From assembly GCA_964016885.1 (NCBI GenBank), contig OZ024740.1, positions 172,856,001-172,920,000 on the forward strand: a stretch of DNA of 64,000 nt, in the 5' to 3' direction. The DNA comes from Eledone cirrhosa. Lineage: Eukaryota. This document shows, piece by piece, positions 14,030 to 23,829 of this stretch. The number at the start of each line of letters is the position of its first letter. The stretch's first letter is position 1. The position numbers and the translations under genes are program-made. The notes beneath the pieces are model-generated. The model was not told the DNA's origin, did not search any database, and worked only from the letters and a program-made list of their open reading frames with translations.

Positions 14030-15130
14030 TTGATGAGTTAATATCTGTATACAACAACTACAAGGGTACGCGATGGGGCCCACCCACAGCCCCGGCGGAC
14101 AGAATGGAGAAGGCGTTTCCCCGGAGCACGGCAAGGGAGACGCGCTGGAAAAGCCACTCCAACTCGCGGGGCTCATACCTGCGGCTGGTCAGCTCAGCGC
14201 CTATGGTGGTGAGTAAGGAGGTAGCCCTGGGGCCGAGGTCACCAGAAGTCTCCACTGCCAGAGGTACGACCGCAAACCTGTCGGAGAGCGACCGGTATTT
14301 GAGGAGTTTGGCCCCCTCAGCCCGACGTGCAGGAGAACCTGGGTCAGTCGCAGACTGCACCAGGTTGCGGCTGCAGAAAGTGTCGGTGCAAGTGGCATAC
14401 CAGACGAGGGGTTTGCCACCGCGGAACGGGAACATGGTCATGCCATCTGGCCTTTTGCCGTCCCCTCGATCCAGCCCCACCGGCTCGAGCTGGGAAGGGC
14501 AGCCTGCAGCGTACAGCCATGCTTAATGACATCGTTGAACGCAGCATGGCGTGGAATGCGGCCGGCACTGTGGCGACAGGAAAGCGGGTGGAGGCCGAAA
14601 GAGTCCACGGGCTTCGCCATGCCGAAGCTCCTCTATACACTCCGCAGCGCTCCGTGCTATACCCAGACATCTCTCCTCGCTGACCTCGATACTTGTATCT
14701 GAGCAGCAGCCGAGGAGATATGCAACGTCAAGTTTGACGACATAGGATGGCAACAGGCCACTTTACCTGTCATGTATGGCGGCCTTGGCCTCCGGTCCCC
14801 GATCTCACAAGCTTTGCCGGCGTATCTTTCGTGGGTAACCTCGTGCCGCGTCTTCGTCAGCAGGGTTCTTCAAAACACAACAGAACCCTCTGTGTTCAGA
14901 GAACGTGAGGCCGCCTGTGAGACGTGGGACCGGCTGGGACTTGGCCCAGTAGGCGTCCCTCCTCCTTCTCCCCCTGTTGACGTCAAGTCCCCCCAACGCA
15001 AGGGGGATGCCATCCAGTGCAGCCTGGCCTCAGACAGGCTCACGCGCCAGCTCGACCAGCACCGCCTTGCTTGTTTTCGTGCGGCCTCCAAACCCCACAG
15101 GGGTGCCTGGCTCCATGCCCTGCCCTTATT
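14030..15130 (-). mobile_element. CRE-clade non-LTR retrotransposon 3' fragment with 5' inversion
   Basis: Minus 14058-14750: VDSFGLHPLSC..SAGRIPRHAAFND, DGKRPDG, PLAVETSG, LFQRVSLAVLRGNA (restriction-like endonuclease). Plus 14752-15125: QATLPVMYGGLGLRS..LPAYLS..GAWLHALP (the upstream part). Confidence 0.85.
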
Positions 15131-15304
15131 TTTTTAATGTTCTTTTGTATTCAGTCTAATATTCATTGTCTCTGAATTGAGTTTCATATATTGTTTTCTT
15201 TCCCCCCTCTCTGTCTACTTGCCTCTCTGGCTCTTTATCAGTCATTGCACTCATCTACTTATTTATCAATGTCTACATATGTATGTGTTACTTTTCTCTA
15301 CCTG

Positions 15305-15582
<278 letters not shown>

Positions 15583-15659
15583 CCTACTACAGTCAGTAGG
15601 CATCTCTAACAAAATACACCCCCGTCCCACCACCCCCACCCTATCCACACCGCCCCTTT

Positions 15660-15941
15660 CAATGTAAAGTTATGTTGGTGCCACAACATCCAGGCCGAAA
15701 CAAATGAGATCGTGTAGGTGTCACGACAAAAAACACACAGTCCACGCTGTAATGTGGCCGTGTAAACCTCCCAGCCCCACACTGTAAATGTGGTTGGTGT
15801 TAGGAAGGGCATCCAGCTGTAGAAAACCCGCCAGACAGTCCTATGCGAGCAAGACAACCACTCTTGCCTCAAGTGGGAAAACTCCCGTCCAAACCCATGC
15901 AAGCGTGGAACATGGACGTTAAACGATGATGATGATGATGA

Positions 15942-15945
<4 letters not shown>
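15660..15945 (+). mobile_element. SINE/LINE 3' end with (GAT)n tail
   Basis: ggtgttaggaagggcatccagctgtagaaa...ccatgcaagcgtggaacatggacgttaaac(gat)n is a typical retroposon terminus. Confidence 0.6.
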
Positions 15946-16002
<57 letters not shown>

Positions 16003-16157
16003 AATATGTGTATATGTACATATGTATGTATATATATATATAAATATGTGTATATGTACATATGTATGTATACGTACATATGTATGCATATATATATTTA
16101 TATGTACATATATATATATATGTTTATATATATGTATATGTATGTATGTATATATTG

Positions 16158-16253
<96 letters not shown>

Positions 16254-16280
16254 TGTGTGTGTGTGCGCGCACGCGTATGT
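15946..16280. repeat. (TA)/(TG) compound microsatellite
   Basis: Read directly. Confidence 0.95.
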
Positions 16281-16369
16281 GTATCCCATTCTATCAATCA
16301 GTAAAAAATTTATAAATACACACAACACGCACATATATATCCAGAATCTATTATGGCTATACTATCAAA

Positions 16370-16660
16370 GTATGTATGTATGTTCTTCTGTTTTTATAAT
16401 TTTTTTTCCCAATAGAGAGAGAGAGAGTCGGTTTCTAACATAGACACAAGACTCTCTCATTGGAATTTACACAACATCAACTAGGTAGATTATGTATGCA
16501 TGCATGTATAGATGTGGATGTTATTGTATGTGTGGATATGTATGCTTTGAGTTGTATGTGTGCATGTGTATATGCTTTGTATCTGTACATGTGTATATGC
16601 AGTTATTAGATGCGAAATTTTTGGAATATTTTACATATTTTTACTGTTCCATTAATGGAT
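16370..16660 (+). repeat. Unclassified ~290-bp dispersed repeat, second copy at 28175-28465
   Basis: Shared ...gagagagtc(g/a)gtttcta...catcaactaggtaga...atgcagttattagatgc...acatatttttactgttcc. Confidence 0.85.
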
Positions 16661-16677
16661 TGTACTTGTAATTTCCT

Positions 16678-16820
16678 AACTAGTTGTGTTCTTCTGTTCC
16701 TGTGAAGCCTAGCTTCTCAAGATTTGTATTGAGACATAAATAATCACAGGCATAAATCTGAAGGTGTAATCAGGGTGGAGTATCTGCAGATTTCTCATCA
16801 GTTCTGCATAAATATTCTGT
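16678..16820 (-). pseudogene. R4/Dong-like non-LTR endonuclease C-terminal fragment
   Basis: Minus-strand NIYAELMRNLQILHPDYTFRFMPVII / CLNTNLEKLGF resembles an RLE C-terminus. Confidence 0.5.
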
Positions 16821-17329
16821 ATGTATGTATGTATGTATGTATGTATGTATGTATGTTTGTATGTTACCTCTTTCTCTTAATTTCGAGTATATTTTTTTGA
16901 CCGGCCACCTTCCTGGTGGCAAGGTTGTATGTATGTATGTATGTATGTATGTATGTATGTATGTATGTATGTATGTATGTATGTATGTATGTATGTATGT
17001 ATCTGTGTATGTATCTATGTATGTATGTGTGTATGTATGTATGTGTATATGCGTGGGGACATAGAAATCGCGCGGTTAAACCACTGGAAGTGAAGGACCT
17101 CTAGCCTTTGTCAGGGCATTCTTATAGGAGAAGGCAACTCAGGAAACTGGGATAACTCCGACATAAAACCTGCGGCTCAGTAGTTACCGATGATGTTGAT
17201 CTTTTCTTCTTTTCGGGTTATAGCTACTGTCGCTCAGAGAGTGGGATTGTTTCAGTGCACAATCTTTCCTCACTTTAAAAAAATCTTTGCGCGCAGTCAT
17301 TGCAGGATGGAATTAATTAATAATTACTA

Positions 17330-17480
17330 ATAATTGTTTCTACTTTAGGCACAAGGCCAGCAATTACCCAATGCATTACTGGTACTTTATTTTATCGACC
17401 CCGTGAGGATGAAAGGCAAAGTCAACCTCGGCGGGATTTGAACTCAGATCATAAAGGGACGTAACTATGCTGGAAAGCAT
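17330..17480 (-). mobile_element. tRNA-derived SINE (Nin/Deu-domain-like), 5' truncated
   Basis: Reverse complement of the 3657 family. Confidence 0.88.
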
Positions 17481-17539
17481 AATTACTAATAATGGTATAT
17501 CGTGCAATGGCCATCCTCGATAACGAGAGGCCAGCCATC

Positions 17540-17812
17540 ATGTATGTATGTATGTATGTATGTATGTATGTATGTATGTATGTATGTATGTATGTATGTG
17601 TGTATGTATGTATGTATGTATGTGTATGTATGTATGTATGTATGTATGTATGTATGTATGTGTGTATGTATGTTTGTATGTATGTATGCGTGTATGTGTG
17701 TATGTATGTATGCATGTATGTGTGTGTATGTATGTATATATGTATGTGTGTATGTATGTATTTATGTATGTATGCATGTATTTATATATGAATGCATGCA
17801 TGTATGTATGAA
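17540..17812. repeat. (TATG)n microsatellite (also 16819-17045 and 31519-31570)
   Basis: Read directly. Confidence 0.95.
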
Positions 17813-18158
17813 TGGATGGACGGATAAATAAATACACGCACGTACCTCTATATGTCAAACTATATACCTACAATATTACGTTTTTTCGTTTCTTTCTTCA
17901 TTCTTATATTTCTTTTTGTCTTTTCATTCTCTCTTAGTTTTCGTTTAGGCTTTTCTTTATTTATTTATTTGTGTCCTTTACCCTTCGGTTTGACGTTATT
18001 GTTCTCTTTGTAGAGCACGACAAAACTGAATGCTATACTATATATTATATCAGCAACGACATCCACATTGTCAAAAGGCTCAGTAGCCATGTTGAAATTG
18101 TAAACTGGAAAATAAATCATCATCCCTTATTCTATTCTCTTTGATGTTTTCTATTTAT

Positions 18159-18195
<37 letters not shown>

Positions 18196-18269
18196 TAGAT
18201 AGATATACACACACACACATATATATACATATACATATATATATACACACACATATATATATACATATG

Positions 18270-18316
<47 letters not shown>

Positions 18317-18573
18317 TTGTACACATTTACATATATACACACGTATATGCGCGAGTGTGTGTGCTACAATGAGCCTTTAGAATCAACTGGTATCAGTTTA
18401 GTATAAGGGTTGCATTTCAGTCGATGAAAAACATTTTACAATACACCCAGTTGATTAACTCCGAAGTTCACTCGACCGGAATCTTAAAGATGTGGGTTGA
18501 TTTTGTACCTGAATGGTTCGCTTACAAATATGTTTCTGCCTTTACCTCTGGCCCATGTAGCATCTGAGCAGTC

Positions 18574-18886
<313 letters not shown>

Positions 18887-19070
18887 ATATATATATATAG
18901 AGAGAGAGATATATATAGATATATATAGATATGGCCCATGTAGCATCTGAGTAGTCTGCATATATAATATATATATATATTTAAAGGTTAAACAAGGTTC
19001 AATGTATAAATCAAAGAATGAGTTTTACAATAGATTCGAGTAGATTGTCAGGGTATGTCATGCATCATCT

Positions 19071-19137
19071 TATTTTATCTGATGAGGACGTACTGTTGAA
19101 GTTAACTCAGTACCTCTGAAATATGTATAATAAAATA
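19071..19137 (+). ncRNA. Minimal type I hammerhead ribozyme in solo pLTR (18981-19162)
   Basis: tattttat CTGATGA gga-c-gtactg..cagtac-c-tct GAAA tatgta TA ataaaata. Confidence 0.75.
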
Positions 19138-19179
19138 TACTTGATCACAAGAATATCTATTTTGTTAATATTTTGAATT

Positions 19180-19240
<61 letters not shown>

Positions 19241-19244
<4 letters not shown>

Positions 19245-19511
19245 AAAAATGTAAGCTATCGCCGTATTTTGACTAAAGAAATTAAAGAAATTATTTAGCC
19301 TGATAGTGGGGTTAAGAACCCTCGGAGAAATGGAAAAAATGAGTATTGACGTACATGTACGTCAATACTCATCTTTTTCCATTTCTCCGAGGGTTCTTAA
19401 CCCCACTATCAGGCTAAATAATTTCTTTAATTTCTTTAGTCAAAATACGGCGATAGCTTACATTTCTAATAATTTCAAACCCACTCGCTGTTTCGAAAAT
19501 ATTCTTACTTG

Positions 19512-19512
<1 letters not shown>
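19241..19512 (+). mobile_element. Hairpin family C: 231-bp near-perfect palindrome plus ~40-nt tail
   Basis: Arms 19241-19355 and 19356-19471 are reverse complements, centre gacgtacatgtacgtc; between (TA)n tracts. Confidence 0.8.
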
Positions 19513-19596
<84 letters not shown>

Positions 19597-19719
19597 GGAA
19601 GTGAGTTTTATTGTAGTACAATAAAGCAATGCAGATATCGGATAAGAAGCACTCTACAGTTTGTAGGACTGGAGTATACATAATATATAAGAACAAAAGA
19701 TGGTTAAAAGAGTTCCATG

Positions 19720-19790
19720 TATTTTATTATGCGCATTTCAAAAACAAATATCATCATGCAATAATATTTGTGTTTTCATCAGATAAAATA
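19720..19790 (-). ncRNA. Minimal type I hammerhead ribozyme (sense to the element)
   Basis: tattttat CTGATGA [aaacacaaatattat..atgatatttgttttt] GAAA tgcgca TA ataaaata. Confidence 0.88.
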
Positions 19791-20152
19791 GGAAGACATG
19801 ATATGAAGGTTAAAAAACACTTGTGGATAGTGCAGTTTTAAATAAACATATGAAAAGTAGTTTTAGATTGATGTGTGATATTGGGAAAAATATTTTTTTT
19901 TTGAGTGGGGTGGGGTGGAAAGGATGAAAAAGAGGAGAAGATGAGAGTAAAAAGTGTAGGTGGAGGAGTATAATGAGGAAGGATGAGATAGGAGAGATGG
20001 GTGATAGAGAGAGAGAGAGATAGCTTTTATAACTGAGAAAAATATATTGTTTTATATAGAGAGGTTGAAAAACCGTTGGAAGATAATGTATAAATTAAAA
20101 GAATTTGAAAATTAACGAAGAGAAAAATAATGTAAAGTTAAGGTTTGTATAT

Positions 20153-20442
20153 TGAAGGGTTTAATAATATGTGCGATGAAAAGAAATTGTTAATATGTAG
20201 TAAGAATAATATTTAAGGGTTTAATAATATGTGCGATGGAAAGAAAATGTTAACATGTATTAAGAATAATATTTAAGGGTTTAATAATATGTGCGATGGA
20301 AAGAAAATGTTAATATGTATTAAGAATAATATTTAAGGGTTTAATAATATGTGCGATGGAAAGAAAATGTTAATATGTATTAAGAATAATATTTAAGGGT
20401 TTAATACTATGTGCGATGGAAAGAAAATGTTGATATGTATTA
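20153..20442. repeat. 60-bp minisatellite, ~4.8 copies, in the PLE 3' UTR
   Basis: aagggtttaataatatgtgcgatggaaagaaaatgttaatatgtattaagaataatattt repeats in register every 60 nt. Confidence 0.95.
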
Positions 20443-20858
20443 TTAAAAAGAACAACAAGTAATGTAAGTAAGGATATATTGTGAGATGAGCATGAGTAAG
20501 TTAGATGAAAGGGAGAAAAAAATAATGAATTGAGGATGAATAATCTAACGTCAAAAATTGTTTATGTTTACGAAGGATTTTTACAAGGTGATATAAAGTA
20601 AGAATGTATTGTATTGTATAATAATTGTTTCTATGTTAGGCAACAGTGAGAAAAGGTACAGATTAGGGGTTAGACATTAAAAGAAAAAGAGAAGAAAGGG
20701 AAAATGAAGAAAGGGAAGTGATATAGAATGAGTAACAAGTATTATATAATGTATAATAAATAACTTTGAAATAAGGTAGAAAGATGGGTATATTTTTAAA
20801 GAAGTATATATATATATGCCTTTGAGAAAAAGATTCTAAATTGATAAAGTTTTGGATA

Positions 20859-22481
20859 TTAGCTGTATACTTTGTGGAATGTTTTGTGGAATTTATGCAA
20901 GCAGAGAGAAAACAAGTCAGTGCGTCTATTTATTATAGAATCTAAATTAGATATAATGGTAAATTTTTCATTTAGACAGAGATTGCAAATCTTGGATAGA
21001 GAACTGTTCAAGTATAGAGACGCAGAAGAAACCTTTTTCCAAAAGATGCTATATTTAATATTTTTGTCTTTCAAGGACCATATGAGTTCTGAGAGAGCCG
21101 TGTTGGTTCTTTTAAGTTTGTATTTAAAAGACGAATGATGGTTATAAAAACGAGCTTTAAAGGAGGTGGAAGTGGAGCCAAAATAGGTGAAGGAATTGGT
21201 GTCAGTTATAACTTTACATTCGTAAATTAAGTTTTTATCAAGACAATGGTTGTTGAGAGGACATTTATTTTTAACAGGGCAATTGCAATTGCGATTAGAG
21301 AGATTATTAACGAGTGACCTAGTGTTATCTATAGAAAGAATTGGATTGGAGAAGTTATTTGCGATAGGAATAATAGTTTCTTGATTTAGAATGCGATTAA
21401 GAACATTTGGCGAAGTTGTGTTTGACGTTGTATTTGGGTTTGCAGAAATTAGCCTAGGGTTTACAATGACGTCGGGAGTACTATTACTATTATTATGATA
21501 TTCAGTGTTGGAAGGAAGAGATTTAGTATTTAGTATTTTATTGTTGTATTTAGAGATAATGTTGGAAATGTTGGAGGATGTCGAATAGGAAAATTTTATA
21601 GTGTGTTTGTTAAATATTTTACTATAGATATGTGAGGGAGGGAAGCATTTATTTAAGGCACTAAAGAATAATTTAGGAATATTATTATTAATAGAGATGG
21701 AGAAAGGAGCATTATACCAGATTATGTTTTTGTATCTAGGTCTTTTATTAAAGTTATTGGAATGATCATGATTAATTATTCTACTGTAAGATCTTCTAGA
21801 ATTTGTTTCTTTACTATATTTGATTTTATCAGGATAGCCGGCTTTAGAAAGCGCGTTATTATAGTAATTGGCGTTAGCATCAAAGATGTTTTTATTAGAA
21901 GATAGGTTAGATATTCTTTTTCCAATATTACTAACTATAGCATTCTTGATATTAGTAGGATGGTTAGATTTAAAATTAACATAATTTAGGTTCTCATTGT
22001 TTTTATGGTGAGGGTAATATAGGCCAGTGTCAAGATTAAGAGATACATCCAAGAAATTAGCTAGTTTGATGCTGTTATCAAATTCAATTTTTAGGTTATG
22101 TTGGTTAAAGAGATTACGTATATTGTTCTTAATAATATTAAGGTTAACTATGTTGCAATTTAAGATAGTAAAGAGTCCATCGTCACGATAAATTCCACCG
22201 CGAAGTTGAGGAATTTTCCGACTCAAAGAGTTCAAAATAAAGATACCAATTAAATCTGTCAATTGGGATGAATCGGATGCTCCCATTGTGATGTCGAAGT
22301 TGTTAGAGGTATCGGCTCTGGTCCAATATTCATTGTTGAACTCTAGGATGGTTTTACGTGCGGTGAGAATGATGTGAAGTTCATCTGTGATAATGTCAGA
22401 ATATTTAAGTGCGAAAGATAGAGCATTATTGAGAAGTGAAGGCGAAATAGAAGAATAGTAGCTGGCAATATCAAATTGAAT
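20859..22481 (-). CDS. Naiad PLE reverse transcriptase + GIY-YIG endonuclease, N-terminally truncated
   Basis: IQFDIASYY, FDITMGASDS, YRDDGL, FLDVSLNL, SNHP, WYNAPF, CNC..CPL..CL, LIY..YFGST, CNLCLNEK, CLH. The first ~12 codons of the called ORF come from the inverted pLTR. Confidence 0.9.
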   Translation of the reverse strand: MQFDIASYYSSISPSLLNNALSFALKYSDIITDELHIILTARKTILEFNNEYWTRADTSNNFDITMGASDSSQLTDLIGIFILNSLSRKIPQLRGGIYRDDGLFTILNCNIVNLNIIKNNIRNLFNQHNLKIEFDNSIKLANFLDVSLNLDTGLYYPHHKNNENLNYVNFKSNHPTNIKNAIVSNIGKRISNLSSNKNIFDANANYYNNALSKAGYPDKIKYSKETNSRRSYSRIINHDHSNNFNKRPRYKNIIWYNAPFSISINNNIPKLFFSALNKCFPPSHIYSKIFNKHTIKFSYSTSSNISNIISKYNNKILNTKSLPSNTEYHNNSNSTPDVIVNPRLISANPNTTSNTTSPNVLNRILNQETIIPIANNFSNPILSIDNTRSLVNNLSNRNCNCPVKNKCPLNNHCLDKNLIYECKVITDTNSFTYFGSTSTSFKARFYNHHSSFKYKLKRTNTALSELIWSLKDKNIKYSIFWKKVSSASLYLNSSLSKICNLCLNEKFTIISNLDSIINRRTDLFSLCLHKFHKTFHKVYS

Positions 22482-22549
22482 ACTTTTCATATGTTGATTT
22501 AAAACTGCACTATCCACAAGTGTTTTTTAACCTTCGTATCATGTCCTCC

Positions 22550-22620
22550 TATTTTATCTGATGAAAACACAAATATTATTGCATGATGATATTTGTTTTT
22601 GAAATGCGCATAATAAAATA
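22550..22620 (+). ncRNA. Hammerhead ribozyme in the inverted pLTR
   Basis: Reverse complement of 19720-19790. Confidence 0.88.
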
Positions 22621-22648
22621 CATGGAACTCTTTTAACCATCTTTCGTT

Positions 22649-22743
<95 letters not shown>

Positions 22744-22784
22744 TTACTTGATATATATATATATATCTATATATATATATATAT

Positions 22785-23595
22785 ATATAGTAGAATAATC
22801 GAGTATCAAAAAATCGGCGCACGAGTTCACGATAAACAAAATTCGAGATGAGCGGCAGAGGGCTCTATAATTCAAATAAATTAGAGCTATAACTATCGTT
22901 AAATACCGTCACACGTAGAATATGTCTACAATCAACCAAATAACCGATAAGTTCGATATGGAAGATTCGGGACACTCAGATAAATTATCAATAAATCAAT
23001 AAATGAAATGAATGTAAAATGCATACCCGGACCCACTAGAGAGATGGAATATCTAGCTTCTTGGGTTTCTGTAAATCCTTAAACCGTCATCTATCAGCTC
23101 ATATAAAAATATAAGACTTACAGACAAGCGGGGGACTGGAGTTACTTCATCAACGAGCTTCGTCCGAATGGATGGAAAGACAAGACCCAGGCTAAAAATA
23201 CGCACATGGATTTCAGCAAGGGAGATAACCTTTATATCCGCAAAAATATTCGGAAAAATGTGGCAAAAACACATATCGAATAAGAGTGCTCAATAGACAT
23301 GTTAAAATAAACAGGGGCTATTCATCATTTAATAGAATCGACAAAAAATGAACAATAAAATTAACTGGTCAATAGCTAAGTCTAGAGCTAAATATAGTAG
23401 AATAATCGAGTATCGAAAAATCGGCGCACGAGTTCACGATAAACAAAATTCGAGATGAGCGGCAGAGGGCTCTATAATTCAAATAAATTAGAGCTATAAC
23501 TATCGTTAAATACCGTCACACGTAGAATATGTCTACAATCAACCAAATAACCGATAAGTTCGATATGGAAGATTCGGGACACTCAGATAAATTAT
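22785..23595. mobile_element. Unclassified non-coding element with 204-bp direct terminal repeats (607-bp unit)
   Basis: 22785-22988 equals 23392-23595 except one A/G; (TA)n on both sides. Confidence 0.8.
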
Positions 23596-23677
23596 ATATA
23601 TATATATATATATTTAAAGACATTTTTTTCTAATTCCAACGCGCCCGTCCCCTCAATCTATCTTATTTCTCATTCTT

Positions 23678-23713
23678 TCTTCTGATGAACAACTAGCGTC
23701 CGAAACGTTAAGA
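23678..23713 (+). ncRNA. Degenerate minimal hammerhead in solo pLTR family D (~23615-23785)
   Basis: tctt CTGATGA acaactagcgtcc GAAA cg TT aaga; flanks homologous to 53365-53530 minus; stem II pairs poorly. Confidence 0.6.
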
Positions 23714-23829
23714 CTCTCTTCCTGCTATATCAAACGTTAACCTAATATATCCCTTCCATATACTGTACCGATTGTCTACTTATATGAGGATTGCATCGTC
23801 TTCACAGACGATTGCCGTCTCTTATTGAT

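Larger units (their letters stand above)
19593..22651 (-). mobile_element. Naiad-type Penelope-like element, 5' truncated, with inverted pLTR
   Basis: RT+GIY-YIG ORF; 19689-19859 recurs inverted at 22481-22651; HHR in both copies; (TA)n on both sides. Confidence 0.92.

Noticed and set aside
20153-20442. CRISPR-like array
   Set aside because: Units are contiguous with no unique spacers; animal minisatellite.
22482-22517. Start codon of the 552-aa ORF
   Set aside because: These codons come from the antisense pLTR fused to a truncated RT; not a native start.
22820-22910. Twister or hairpin ribozyme in the 204-bp repeat
   Set aside because: GAGGG-helix-TAA is reminiscent, but the conserved loop and pseudoknot partners could not be found by eye; left as unknown structure.
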